A stretch of 40,250 nt of DNA, taken from IMG/VR virus record IMGVR_UViG_3300045988_028050, positions 1 to 40,250 of that record, one strand, 5' to 3'. Both the position numbers and the translations under genes were made by a program. The notes beneath the pieces were generated by a model. It searched no databases. It was not told where the DNA came from and saw only the letters and a list, made by a program, of their open reading frames with translations. This stretch comes from a virus. Positions 1 through 9,305 of this stretch are shown here, one piece after another (the stretch's first letter is position 1; the number at the start of each line of letters is the position of its first letter).

Positions 1-99
1 AAAGCGCCGGCTGTGATGCTGTCCGCATTCAGATTCGTCACGTTGATCTCGTCGGCGTCGATGGTGCCGCCCCGGATGCGGTCGGCGCTCATGAAGCCC
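1..99. repeat. Terminal direct repeat, copy A (99 bp), identical to 40152-40250
   Basis: Read directly: bases 1-99 equal bases 40152-40250 with no mismatch. This is the usual signature of an assembler overlap on a circular molecule. Confidence 0.95.
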
Positions 100-1868
100 G
101 TGGTGATGTTGGCGCCGTTAATGACCGTCTGTCCGGCCGTTTTCAGGCTCTCGAAGGGCACCAGCCCGCGGAAGCTGATCTGCGTGCTGGACAGCGCGAT
201 CTTTCCCGACCGCAGATCCAGCGACGCACCAGTGTTATCTGCGTTATTGGTGACCTTGATGCTCAACCCTTCAGCAAACAGCTTCAGGTCGGTCATATTG
301 CCGTCCTGATCTGCAATGTGGGACTGGATGCCCTGCACCGTCACCTCCAGCTTATGCAGCGCCGCCGCCTGCCGGTATGTCTCACGCCGCTCCGTGGTCG
401 GCTGCGGCCGCGCCGCGCTGCCGGTGCTCTGATACTCGCTGCTCACGCCGCCCTTGTAGGTGATGGTGTGCCGGAAAACGGGCAGCGGCACGCCGTCCAC
501 GCGGATGATGTCCCCGGCCTGCACCGCCCAGTTCCCCAGGGCGCGTACCGTCATCGGCTGATACGTCCCAAAGGCAGCCAGCCGGCTGCGGATGGGCTCG
601 GCCAGCGCCCGCACCGTCTCCTCCTGCCCGTACAGCATGGGGTTGTCCATGATCTGATACACGTTCCCTTTGCTGCCGACCAGCACCCCCACATCGTTCT
701 CCGCACACAGTACCTGCACGCCGGTGACCTGCGGCACAGTAAACTCCGCCCTGTCCGTGTCCGGAAAGTATTGTCCGGAGCTAAGGGAGAGTGCGGCGTC
801 CTGGAACCAGACCAGCTCCAAAGCGCCGTTGCGCGTCATTCTGGCATAGCTGCACGCCGCCTCCGCGATCCATTTCAGCACATCCCGATAGGTCAGCGCA
901 GATGCAGCTATGGGCGCGGAGGCGAGCGTCCGGCCGCTGTTGACAAACGTCCCCGTGGTGGCCAGGGGCACGCCCACCCGCAGGCACAGCTTCCGCAGCA
1001 GATCCTGCAGGGTGATGGGATAGCTCAGCGATCGCCACCAATCCGTGGCGTCGGCATCGAAGCGCACCATCCTGTCGTTGGCGGTCACGGCCACCGTCAG
1101 CGTCCGGCGCTTACTGGGCGTGTCCGCAGTGAAAACGCCCAGCGGCACATACTCATACCGCTCCACGGCGGTGTCGGTAAACTCGTAGCAGAGATCGTCT
1201 GCATACCACAAACCTCGACCCGTCCAACCCTGCAGCTTGCGGCGCATGAATTCGCTCAGGTCGGTGGCCGGGGCGTACTCAGCCCACTTCCGCACCGCCG
1301 TCTGCGCCCAGGTATAGCGCGCCAGATCTGCCCAGGTGTAGTCGTCCAGGTGCTCCAGCGCAGAGCCTGTCCATATCGCCGTCCACACATCACCGCTTTC
1401 CAGCACGCAGTATACCGTGCTGCCGTCCGCTACGATGGCATACACAGCACTCTCCGGCTGCGCCGGGGATGCAGAGCCGTTCACCTTCAGATACGGCTCC
1501 GTGTCACACCCGTCCAGCCGCACCCGGGCAGCGGTGCCGTAGCCCAGCACCGCCGTGCATACGCTGTCCTTGCCCCGTGTCCATGCCGCGCTGTCGGTCC
1601 TTACGCCCAGCAGCACCCGGCACTCTCCGTAGGAGAAGTTATCCAGCAGCCCGGCGCGGTTCAATATGTGCATCTGCAGCTCCGCCGACGGCGCGGCGCC
1701 CACGGTCAGATCGTCGTCCGGGTTCAGGTACTCCGCTGCCTCCAGCCCGCCGGCCTGCAGATCCTCCGCCGTGAAGATCACCGGCGAATCCAGAAACCGC
1801 ACCAGTGGCCGGATGACTGCGTTCCGCGCGTACACCGCCTCGCGAAACGCGCTGCTCACTTGATACAA
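1..1868 (-). CDS. Tail-associated protein (Tal position, prophage-tail/endopeptidase type), 5' part; continues across the circular junction into 39833-40151
   Basis: Absent from the ORF track because it has no stop inside the window. TTG at 1868 is preceded by GGAGGTG (1874-1880), directly after the stop of the upstream gene. As far as I hand-translated it the frame stays open; the full stretch to base 1 needs recalling on the rotated sequence. It is in phase with ORF 39833-40243 once the 99-bp overlap is removed, giving a joined product of 728 aa. It follows the tape measure and the Dit-position gene. Plus-strand ORF 318-2180 is its Arg/Pro/His-rich shadow. Confidence 0.75.
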   Translation of the reverse strand, partial: MYQVSSAFREAVYARNAVIRPLVRFLDSPVIFTAEDLQAGGLEAAEYLNPDDDLTVGAAPSAELQMHILNRAGLLDNFSYGECRVLLGVRTDSAAWTRGKDSVCTAVLGYGTAARVRLDGCDTEPYLKVNGSASPAQPESAVYAIVADGSTVYCVLESGDVWTAIWTGSALEHLDDYTWADLARYTWAQTAVRKWAEYAPATDLSEFMRRKLQGWTGRGLWYADDLCYEFTDTAVERYEYVPLGVFTADTPSKRRTLTVAVTANDRMVRFDADATDWWRSLSYPITLQDLLRKLCLRVGVPLATTGTFVNSGRTLASAPIAASALTYRDVLKWIAEAACSYARMTRNGALELVWFQDAALSLSSGQYFPDTDRAEFTVPQVTGVQVLCAENDVGVLVGSKGNVYQIMDNPMLYGQEETVRALAEPIRSRLAAFGTYQPMTVRALGNWAVQAGDIIRVDGVPLPVFRHTITYKGGVSSEYQSTGSAARPQPTTERRETYRQAAALHKLEVTVQGIQSHIADQDGNMTDLKLFAEGLSIKVTNNADNTGASLDLRSGKIALSSTQISFRGLVPFESLKTAGQTVINGANITTGFMSADRIRGGTIDADEINVTNLNADSITAGA

Positions 1869-1880
1869 GCCGCCACCTCC

Positions 1881-2282
1881 TCAGTACTCGATAAATGCAT
1901 AGCGCACGGCGTCGTAAAAAATATTATTTTCACTGCAATGATTGATTGTGAATTGCGGATTTGGCATGTAGCAATCAGCCGTTCTGTAACTATCTGTTTC
2001 CATGTCATAGTATTCCACTTCTACTGTGCGCTCTATGTTTTGCGTTGTCATCCCAAGAGCACTGTTGATAAGCACGATATCTTCGTTATCGACCGGAAGA
2101 GTTTGCAACTCGATTTTTACCGGCATGTGTTGACAAACAGACCTGTGCAACACTCCGGAAGCATCGCGCCCAGAATCTAAGTCAATGCGCTGATTGGGCG
2201 ATACTACATAGTTTTTCTCAGATATGTACTTTCCGGGAAACTCCATCCCGTTTACTTTAAGCAAATATCCTTTATAAGCCAT
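1881..2282 (-). CDS. Small tail component in the distal-tail (Dit) position, 133 aa
   Basis: Sits between the tape measure and Tal with tight spacing. Visibly AT-richer than its neighbours. Function assigned by synteny only. Confidence 0.5.
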   Translation of the reverse strand: MAYKGYLLKVNGMEFPGKYISEKNYVVSPNQRIDLDSGRDASGVLHRSVCQHMPVKIELQTLPVDNEDIVLINSALGMTTQNIERTVEVEYYDMETDSYRTADCYMPNPQFTINHCSENNIFYDAVRYAFIEY

Positions 2283-2285
2283 ATT

Positions 2286-4304
2286 TTACCCCTTTACTCG
2301 TGCGTATGCGGCCAACGACTGGTCTACCCAGCGGCCTGTCGCGCTGTTTGGCGCCCCCAGCGTAAAGTCCTTCGCCGCCGTCGCGCGGGTGTAGTCCTCG
2401 ATAGCCTGGATGTTGCCGATCATACCAGTAGCAATAAACGCAGAGACAATAGCCTGTGCAAGCTGCGGAGACATATTTGCAAACGTTTGCGCCACGGCTT
2501 GCTGGATGGTTTCCAGTGGAGCTTCAACGTTTGTCCCGTGCTTTTGGTCTCCCAGCACGGCAAGAAATTCGCGGTTGGGAGGGATAACAGCGCCCTGCGC
2601 CAGACGGGGGATTTTAAGCTCGTTTACATGGGAAATATTGATGCCGAAGGATTTACCGCCGATACCCGGTATCCAATCCGGGATTTCAAAGTGTATCTTG
2701 TTCAGCTGGTCAATAAGCCAGTTGATACCTTTGATGATAAGGTTTACAGCCGCTTCCAAAACGCCGGCGATGGTATTCCAAATGCCCCGGAAAATTTCTT
2801 TGATACCTTCCCACGCTTTTTTCCAGTCCAGCGTAAACACGCCGGTCAGGAAATCAATAAGGCCGCCAAAGATTTGCTTGACACCATCGATAACATCGCT
2901 GACATAGGTTTTCGCCAGTTCAATGATTTCGTGAAAACGTCCGTTTGTTTTTCCGTCCAGCCAGTCCAGCAGACTTGTTAGACCCAGTTTAAACCAGTCA
3001 AAAATTCCAAACACAAATGTTTTCACGCCGGTAAGCATTTGGATAACCGACTGTTTCATTTTTTCTAAGTCGCCTGTCAGTATGCCGGAAATAAGCCCCA
3101 GCGCGCCCTGCACAATGCCCTTGATACCAGTCAACATATCTCCTACCGGAGTACCGGCAAGGCCGCACTTTTCTATTATGGTGTCTATGATCGCTCCAAA
3201 AATATACCCCACAAAGTCCAGCAAATCGGCCAGCAAAATACGGGCGTGGTTTACAAAGTTGATGATGTTGTCCAGCGCTGCGCCCCAATCTCCGGAGAAT
3301 ACGTTGCCGATAAACCCAGTGACATCCTTAAACAGGTTTACAATGTCCTGCCCGATCTTCTTGAACTTGTCCGCGATTTTATCAAGAAATGCGAAATTTG
3401 CCGCTGTGCTGAAATCCGGTAGAATAATGCCGGATCCGCCGCCACCTTCGCCGCTTAACTTGTTGATCTCATCAAACGACGCAAGCTGCTTACTGGCAGA
3501 CTTTGCCGCGCCTCCCACGCCCTTATATGCGTTTTTTTGGTCATTCAGGGATTTTGCCGCATTGGCGCTTTCCTTTGCCGTTGTTCCAAATAGGGCGGAT
3601 ACAATATTTGCGATAAACGAAACCACCGTAGCCAGTACCTTAACCAGCGCAGTAAACGCCGGGATAATGATCTGCACAAGCGGCTGTGCCAGCGTCAGCA
3701 GCGCACCCTTGAGCTGCGCAATAGCGTCTCGTGCTTCGCCGTTTACGGCCACCACGTCCGCCAGCCAATCCCGGATGGCCGCCAACGCACGGGCAATGAT
3801 GGTAAAGACCAGCGCACGCTTTGCCAGCATTTTTACGCGCTTCGTGAATGCCTCCATGCCCTTGGATGCTTTGTCCAACCCCTCTTGTATTTTACCGGCG
3901 TTTTTTCCGGTGTTGCCAAGCTGCTTACCTAACTCCCCTGCTTTTGCTTTTATACGGTCAAGCTCTGCTTCACCGTCACGGATAGAGGCGTTCTGCTTGT
4001 CCAATTTATCATTCATGGCGTTCCATTCTTTTTCCATAGACGCTACAGCTGCCTCCTGCTGCTTGATAGCATCACTGGTGAAGAACTTGCCGCCGCCCTT
4101 CATTTGCGCCAGCTTGGCCTTTGCTTCGTCAAGCTGTGCGCCCAAGTTGTTGGCTTGGTTAAACAAAGTATCTCGCGCGGATTTCTTGTTGGTGAGCTTT
4201 TCCTGCAGCGCTTCTATTTTCTTTTCCAGCGCATTGAGTTCTTTCTGCGCTTGCTTATCGTCAATGTCGGCCTTGATGATAACGGAGCCGTCCGCGTTTG
4301 CCAT
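2286..4304 (-). CDS. Tail tape measure protein, 672 aa
   Basis: Long coiled-coil N-terminus (KQAQKELNALEKKIEALQEKL...), Gly/Ala/Ile-rich hydrophobic repeats, and a position after the tail chaperones. Confidence 0.9.
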   Translation of the reverse strand: MANADGSVIIKADIDDKQAQKELNALEKKIEALQEKLTNKKSARDTLFNQANNLGAQLDEAKAKLAQMKGGGKFFTSDAIKQQEAAVASMEKEWNAMNDKLDKQNASIRDGEAELDRIKAKAGELGKQLGNTGKNAGKIQEGLDKASKGMEAFTKRVKMLAKRALVFTIIARALAAIRDWLADVVAVNGEARDAIAQLKGALLTLAQPLVQIIIPAFTALVKVLATVVSFIANIVSALFGTTAKESANAAKSLNDQKNAYKGVGGAAKSASKQLASFDEINKLSGEGGGGSGIILPDFSTAANFAFLDKIADKFKKIGQDIVNLFKDVTGFIGNVFSGDWGAALDNIINFVNHARILLADLLDFVGYIFGAIIDTIIEKCGLAGTPVGDMLTGIKGIVQGALGLISGILTGDLEKMKQSVIQMLTGVKTFVFGIFDWFKLGLTSLLDWLDGKTNGRFHEIIELAKTYVSDVIDGVKQIFGGLIDFLTGVFTLDWKKAWEGIKEIFRGIWNTIAGVLEAAVNLIIKGINWLIDQLNKIHFEIPDWIPGIGGKSFGINISHVNELKIPRLAQGAVIPPNREFLAVLGDQKHGTNVEAPLETIQQAVAQTFANMSPQLAQAIVSAFIATGMIGNIQAIEDYTRATAAKDFTLGAPNSATGRWVDQSLAAYARVKG

Positions 4305-4316
4305 ATAATCACCTAC

Positions 4317-4345
4317 TTGCTTTTATGGTATTTATGTGGTACTAT
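4317..4345 (+). promoter_or_regulatory. Sigma-70-like promoter of the reverse-oriented moron
   Basis: TTGCTT (4317-4322), a 17-nt spacer, then TGgTACTAT extended -10 (hexamer 4340-4345), 40 nt upstream of the RBS GGAGGGTGG. Confidence 0.55.
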
Positions 4346-4384
4346 AAACAAACCACAAAAAAACTTCTTGGAGGGTGGAAGAAA

Positions 4385-4999
4385 ATGGATAAAATGACTA
4401 AGTGTAAGACCTGCGGCGCAGATATTGCAAAATCCGCGAAAACATGCCCAGTTTGCGGGGCCAAACAGAAAAAGCCGGTCGTGCTGATCGTTATAGCTGT
4501 GTTTATTGCTATCGGCATTATTGGCACCGCGCTTGGCGGTAGCTCCCCAGAAAAGGTGGGGACTACAGACGAAAAACCAGGAAACGGATCATCTGATTCG
4601 CAGAAAACGGAATTTGCAGTTGGTGACGTTGTATCTCTTAAAGACATTGAAGTCACATTTGTGTCTTGCACCCAATCAAGCGGAGAAGGTTTTTACACAC
4701 CAGACAGCGGCAACGTGTTTCTATTTTGCGAATTTGCCATTGAAAACAAATCCAGCAAAGATATTTCCATAAGCTCTATAATGTCTTTTGAAGCGTATGT
4801 CGATGACTACTCCACAAACATGAGCATGACCGGAACGTTGGCCGCAGACAAAGGTCAGTTGGACGGTACTGTTGCATCAGGGAAAAAGATGTCCGGCGTA
4901 ATAGGCTACGAAGTACCAGCAGATTGGAAAACGATTGAAATCAGATTTACCCCGGATTTTTGGTCTGGAAACGACATTACATTTATTGCGAATCACTGA
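4385..4999 (+). CDS. Zinc-ribbon / single-TM / DUF4352-like extracytoplasmic protein (moron)
   Basis: ATG 4385 is preceded by GGAGGGTGGAAGAAA. CKTCGADI..CPVCGAK zinc ribbon, TM VVLIVIAVFIAIGIIGTAL, and a beta-rich C-terminus (FLFCEFAIENKS..ISSIMSFEAYVDD..GVIGYEVP) typical of DUF4352. The only plus-strand gene inside the tail module. Confidence 0.75.
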   Translation: MDKMTKCKTCGADIAKSAKTCPVCGAKQKKPVVLIVIAVFIAIGIIGTALGGSSPEKVGTTDEKPGNGSSDSQKTEFAVGDVVSLKDIEVTFVSCTQSSGEGFYTPDSGNVFLFCEFAIENKSSKDISISSIMSFEAYVDDYSTNMSMTGTLAADKGQLDGTVASGKKMSGVIGYEVPADWKTIEIRFTPDFWSGNDITFIANH

Positions 5000-5009
5000 C
5001 CGCTACGCA

Positions 5010-5033
5010 GCCGCCTTCCGGGGCGGCTTTTTT
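5010..5033 (+). terminator. Intrinsic terminator after the moron
   Basis: GCCGCC-ttccgg-GGCGGC followed by TTTTTT (5028-5033). Confidence 0.8.
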
Positions 5034-5577
5034 ACGTCCAGCCCTTAATGACTTCTTCCTCCGCCTCCGAGTACCTGCGCTTAATGTCGATAGCGTCTCG
5101 GTTTCTGCGGTAAAACTCCTTGTCGGATTTGTCTTTTAGCTTGCCCTTTGCTTTTAAGTCTCGGATCCTCACGATTTGGGCAAAGTAGCAATCCCCGATT
5201 TCTCCGTAGTATGAAAGAAACGTCCACCAATGCAGATACGGCACCGCCCGCACCTCCTGCCCCGCTATGCGGTTGATAGGGGCGATGAGCAGTTGAAAGT
5301 CCTGTTCCCAGTCCATCAATTTGGTTGATTTTTTTTGCGTTTCCTCATTTCCGCCGTTGATAAACCAAAAGCACTGTTTTATCGCTTCTTCCACGTGCTC
5401 CCCAGGCATGGTGAAAAACCCGGGGTAAAACATTCCCAAAACGCCGATGCACTTTTCTTCGCTCGTTAGTTCAACAGCAGACAGCACCGAGAATATGTCC
5501 AGTATCACGCGGAAATCCGTTTCTATTGGGTATTCCGTTCCACACACCTCAAGGCTCGTTGGAAGGTCGTACATCAT
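5032..5577 (-). CDS. Bacteriophage Gp15-family tail protein
   Basis: N-terminus MYDLPTSLEVCGTEYPIETDFRVILDIF matches my recollection of the Gp15 family. Lies just upstream of the tape measure. Confidence 0.65.
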   Translation of the reverse strand: MMYDLPTSLEVCGTEYPIETDFRVILDIFSVLSAVELTSEEKCIGVLGMFYPGFFTMPGEHVEEAIKQCFWFINGGNEETQKKSTKLMDWEQDFQLLIAPINRIAGQEVRAVPYLHWWTFLSYYGEIGDCYFAQIVRIRDLKAKGKLKDKSDKEFYRRNRDAIDIKRRYSEAEEEVIKGWT

Positions 5578-5990
5578 CTGTGATACTTGGCCGTATACTT
5601 CGCAAGCCTCTCACTGTGAAAAGCCTTTTCACGCTTAATCTCCTCGTCCAGCTCGTCCATGATGGCAACCATCAGGTTCATCCACAGCGGCGCACCGTCC
5701 GCGATAGCGTAAACGCTCACGTCGCCAAACAGCGGCTCACACACGGGCTGCTCAAACACCCCGTCAATAGTCTCGCGCATTTCGGCGTCCATATTTCGGA
5801 GCCAGTCAAACATTTCGCGGGCGCTCATTTTTTCTACGTTATCGTCCCGCGCATCCTGCTTCTTTTTCAGCGCGTCAAACGCTGTGTAAAGCTTGTCTGC
5901 AAACGCCGGATCGCTGGGATTAAAATACACCGTGCATTTGTCATTCAGGTGGTATTCCTGTACGCCGGTAGTGATTGTCAGTTCCTTCAT
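5574..5990 (-). CDS. Tail assembly chaperone-like protein
   Basis: Sits between the major tail protein and Gp15/TMP. Acidic C-terminus. ATGA overlap with the next gene. Confidence 0.5.
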   Translation of the reverse strand: MKELTITTGVQEYHLNDKCTVYFNPSDPAFADKLYTAFDALKKKQDARDDNVEKMSAREMFDWLRNMDAEMRETIDGVFEQPVCEPLFGDVSVYAIADGAPLWMNLMVAIMDELDEEIKREKAFHSERLAKYTAKYHR

Positions 5991-6030
5991 GTGTTCCCTC
6001 CAAAACAGGGGCGGTTGCCCGCCCCTTTAT

Positions 6031-6552
6031 TTAGGCCGCAGTAAACTCAATAGTGCCGCTGCTGCCCTTCTTTACAGTGCCCACAGTGCGGGTGCCGCCA
6101 TAGGTGATCTCGCTGGTGATGTTCAGGGTGCCGCCGCCCTCGCCGCCGATGCCGGTAATGGCAATAGCGCAAGCGTCGTAGCGCTCCGCGAACATCGCCT
6201 CGCCGCTGGTGGCGTAGAAGTGACCGATCATCATGTCCTGATTTGCCAGCGCCTGGGCGTCCTGGTCTTTGACGGCCAGGTTCCACATCTTCACCGCCGC
6301 AGCATCGCCCGCATCCAAAGGAATGGGGTCAAAGGTCTGCGTGATGGTGGGCTTCTTCATGGTCGTAAAGGTGTGTCCCAGAATGTCCTGCTTGGTGTCG
6401 GTGCTCCAGTCCATTTCCTCGCTGCTGTCCTCGACGCGCTTACCGATAGCGCTCCACACAGGCGCGGATGCGGTGCCGGTGTTCAGGTACGCAATAAGCA
6501 GTTCGCGGTCAATGGTCTGGCCCACTGTGGTGTTGAATTCCAAATCTGCCAT
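6031..6552 (-). CDS. Major tail protein
   Basis: 173 aa, beta-rich, in the right position after the head-tail joining genes. RBS present. Confidence 0.65.
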   Translation of the reverse strand: MADLEFNTTVGQTIDRELLIAYLNTGTASAPVWSAIGKRVEDSSEEMDWSTDTKQDILGHTFTTMKKPTITQTFDPIPLDAGDAAAVKMWNLAVKDQDAQALANQDMMIGHFYATSGEAMFAERYDACAIAITGIGGEGGGTLNITSEITYGGTRTVGTVKKGSSGTIEFTAA

Positions 6553-6998
6553 TATACATTCACCTCGTAATTCAGTTTCATAAGGATTTGGTGATCTTCG
6601 TCCCCGTTTTCATACATGGCAAACAGGGAAGATCGCGTGGTTGGCTCCATGCTGATAACGCGCTTGTCATCGCCAATGTTTGGTTTCTGGCCGTTTGCCC
6701 AATCCCCGATAGCGTTCAACAGTTCGTCAGCCTTGAGCCGTTTGTCGTTGCTGTTCCCCGGCTTAACTCGGTAGATTATCTTGAACTGATACTCCGCCAC
6801 ATAACCGCCGGTGATATACTTTCGCACGATGTAAGCCGCCTGAATGGTCGACATCGCCATAGCGGAAGTGTCGGCAGGAAGAAACTCAAAGCGGATAAGG
6901 TCAACTGGCAGCTCCGGGTATGTGTTCAGCCACACAAGCAGCTTGCGCGATACCTGATCCTCTTCCGCCGCTGACACGGCCTTTTTAATCTTTTCCAA
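6552..6998 (-). CDS. Head-tail joining / tail terminator-like protein
   Basis: Synteny (SPP1 gp17 position). Start overlaps the neighbouring stop. Confidence 0.5.
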   Translation of the reverse strand: MEKIKKAVSAAEEDQVSRKLLVWLNTYPELPVDLIRFEFLPADTSAMAMSTIQAAYIVRKYITGGYVAEYQFKIIYRVKPGNSNDKRLKADELLNAIGDWANGQKPNIGDDKRVISMEPTTRSSLFAMYENGDEDHQILMKLNYEVNV

Positions 6999-7404
6999 AT
7001 TTCTTCACCGCCTTATCTGCCACCCGCACCCACTTCTCCATGTTCTGCGCTTTGGAAGCATCAAACCAATGTGCCTGTGCCTGCGGATGCATTGTTGTGT
7101 TAAATACAAGATTTCGGTCTGTTGTCACCTTGTGCCCGCCTTTTGGGGCGTATGTGCTGCCGGTCGCCGGGTCTACCATCACCTTACCGTAGTACAGGAA
7201 GCGGGCGTATGGGCCGGGGTAAATGACCTCGTTACCGACCACCCGCGTTCTCTGCGTCAGAGAGCCTGTAAGCGCAGGGACAAATGGGGTGGTATCTTTC
7301 ATCACCTGTTGCGCTAAAGCGCTTTCAGCGCGGCTACAGACCCTTGCAAGCTGCCGCTTTACCTCGTCCATGCCGGACACGTCAACAGAAAACTTGAGCG
7401 ACAT
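6985..7404 (-). CDS. Head-tail joining protein (HK97 gp10 / minor-capsid-like)
   Basis: Start refined to ATG 7404 (MSLKFSV...), just after the TAA of the upstream gene. Motifs TPFVPALTGSL and YPGPYARFLYYG. Confidence 0.55.
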   Translation of the reverse strand: MSLKFSVDVSGMDEVKRQLARVCSRAESALAQQVMKDTTPFVPALTGSLTQRTRVVGNEVIYPGPYARFLYYGKVMVDPATGSTYAPKGGHKVTTDRNLVFNTTMHPQAQAHWFDASKAQNMEKWVRVADKAVKKFGKD

Positions 7405-7405
7405 C

Positions 7406-7864
7406 TTATGCCCCTCCGACTTCCCAATGCTGCATATCCACGCTGCCAAAATCTTTCTCGTCTACTTTGGTCACGTTGTAGCAGCCGTCCTGTGCCATAG
7501 CCACATCCTCTTTGTCTGTGACAAACTCGCCTTTCACAAAGAACGTCAGCCCGCCGTTACCGTTCACAGACAGCGTCCACAGCCCGGACTTGTCCGCCGC
7601 CGCAAGAAACGCCTGCGGGGGCGCGTAGGTCTTGGCCTTGCCTGTCGTGCCGTCCACCGCTTTTACGGAAAACGGAATGTACAGGTTTACCGCGTCCGCG
7701 CTCTCAAGTCCGCTTTCACGCACGTTGACAGCCTTGCTGGCCTGCAGCATAACCCCGCGCATGATGGTCACATACAGCTTTGTAGTTTCCTCAAAGGTCG
7801 CCGCGTCTGTCTCCTGCACGGCATTGTAGACCGTTATAGTGTGGGGCGCGTACAACCACAGCAC
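7406..7864 (-). CDS. Head closure / connector-associated protein
   Basis: Synteny only. Confidence 0.45.
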   Translation of the reverse strand: MLWLYAPHTITVYNAVQETDAATFEETTKLYVTIMRGVMLQASKAVNVRESGLESADAVNLYIPFSVKAVDGTTGKAKTYAPPQAFLAAADKSGLWTLSVNGNGGLTFFVKGEFVTDKEDVAMAQDGCYNVTKVDEKDFGSVDMQHWEVGGA

Positions 7865-8271
7865 CCCCTTCCCCGATACAGCAGCCCGGTATGGGCTAGA
7901 TACTCGTTACAGGTCGCCGCCAGCAGTTTCTTCGCCCCGTCCGTTGCACTTAGCGCAGCCACGGCGCTTTCACCGCCGCTGGCCAGCGTCCGGGAGTACC
8001 CGCCTACCGTTTCGCTTTTTACATCATCCCCGGTCACCGCGCTTGTCAGCCTGGTTGCGGCAAGCTGCTGTGCGGCTTCGATTACCTGATACTTGTCCAC
8101 CAGTGCACAGCAGCACATTTTTACAGCGTCCATATCAGCGTTATTTTTTGCCCGGTTTTGGGTGTAGTAATCGAGGAAGGAGCTGGCTCTTACAGCCAGA
8201 CGCGGGAAATCTTCCTCGCTCACGGTGCCCATATAGGTGCCGGAGTAGTAAGAATAATCAGCGTATGTCAT
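7834..8271 (-). CDS. Head-tail connector (gp6-like adaptor)
   Basis: N-terminus MTYADYSYYSGTYMG..SEEDFPRLAVRASSFLD is typical of phage gp6-like connectors. Lies directly after the major capsid gene. Confidence 0.6.
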   Translation of the reverse strand: MTYADYSYYSGTYMGTVSEEDFPRLAVRASSFLDYYTQNRAKNNADMDAVKMCCCALVDKYQVIEAAQQLAATRLTSAVTGDDVKSETVGGYSRTLASGGESAVAALSATDGAKKLLAATCNEYLAHTGLLYRGRGCCGCTRPTL

Positions 8272-8291
8272 ATGAGCCAGCTCCTTTCAAA

Positions 8292-9290
8292 TCAACTGCC
8301 GGTTTTGGGGGACAGGATGATGCCATCCAGCACAGCGGCTTTCAGGGTGTTCTTCAGCACCACACCGGCCACAAGCTCGACTTCGCCGGTCTTCACAGCA
8401 CCGGGGGCGTTCATGTCGGGCATATAGCTGGAGATGACGCTGTTGCCGGTGGGGGAGATACCGTGGAAGCCGTCCAGGCCGATACTCACCGCGTAGATGC
8501 TGGTGGTGCCGTTGGCAGAAGCAGTAGCGGCAGATGTGCCGATAACGTCCACGGAGTTAGTACCGTTGTAGTACTTGCCCATGTCCATCAGGGGGATACC
8601 GGCAAAGGTCTCCACCACCTGACCAAAGTCATTCTTGGTGCGCTCGTAGTAACCGGCGCGGCGGGCGCAGGAACGCACCTTCATCAGCATGTCGCCGTTC
8701 ATCATCAGCATGGTGGTGTCACCGTCGATGGTGTGAACCAGCTGATCCAGCTGGTCGATAAACGCGTTGGCGTTGCTATCCAGCAGGGCAGAGGTGGACA
8801 GGTTGATGTCGGAAGTCAGCTCCGTAGAAGTGCCGGACAGCAGTTTCTTCAGGCCGTCAAAGGTGCCGGTCACATAACCAGCGCCGGTAGCGGCGGAAGT
8901 GCCGTTGATGACCAGGTTGTGGAAGTAGTTGCTGGTCGCCTTAATTTTCTGCTGTGCCTGGAACGCCAGTTCGTCCACAGCGCCGGAGGTGTTCTGCAGC
9001 ACACGGTCAACGGAGAAGGAACCGCCCATGATGATGGCCTTTGCGGTCTTCTCAACGCGCTTGGCTTCGTTGGCGGTGTACTCGCTGTTGATCGCACGAA
9101 CAGCGGCGGTAGAGGGGGTGTTCAGCTGAATGTAGCCGTAGGTCAGGGTGGAACCACCTGTGCCCGGAGAGATGGCGTTATCAAACACCAGTCTGTCCAG
9201 CAGCAGAGAACTGCGGCGAAATTCGTCGACGATCATCTGGTCGACCTTGTCGGCCATGCCGACCTTAGCTTCAGCAAGAGTAATAGCCAT
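8292..9290 (-). CDS. Major capsid protein
   Basis: 332 aa, follows the scaffold gene, strong RBS, typical size and composition. Confidence 0.85.
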   Translation of the reverse strand: MAITLAEAKVGMADKVDQMIVDEFRRSSLLLDRLVFDNAISPGTGGSTLTYGYIQLNTPSTAAVRAINSEYTANEAKRVEKTAKAIIMGGSFSVDRVLQNTSGAVDELAFQAQQKIKATSNYFHNLVINGTSAATGAGYVTGTFDGLKKLLSGTSTELTSDINLSTSALLDSNANAFIDQLDQLVHTIDGDTTMLMMNGDMLMKVRSCARRAGYYERTKNDFGQVVETFAGIPLMDMGKYYNGTNSVDVIGTSAATASANGTTSIYAVSIGLDGFHGISPTGNSVISSYMPDMNAPGAVKTGEVELVAGVVLKNTLKAAVLDGIILSPKTGS

Positions 9291-9305
9291 GTGTCATTGT
9301 CTCCT

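Noticed and set aside
1-99. The terminal repeats as att sites, LTRs or cos ends
   Set aside because: They are perfectly identical, lie in the middle of a continuous coding frame, and have a length typical of assembler k-mer overlap. Circular-assembly redundancy is the simplest explanation, although a true DTR cannot be excluded without reads.
318-2180. 620-aa plus-strand ORF covering the left end of the window
   Set aside because: Arg/His/Pro/Gln-rich low-complexity translation with no RBS. It is antisense to a well-formed tail-protein frame that only looks absent because it crosses the window junction. It is a typical GC-rich shadow ORF.
5574-5577. Programmed -1 frameshift between the two tail chaperone-position genes
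   Set aside because: The junction is a plain ATGA overlap with no slippery heptamer visible. The downstream gene has its own start and a recognisable Gp15-type N-terminus.
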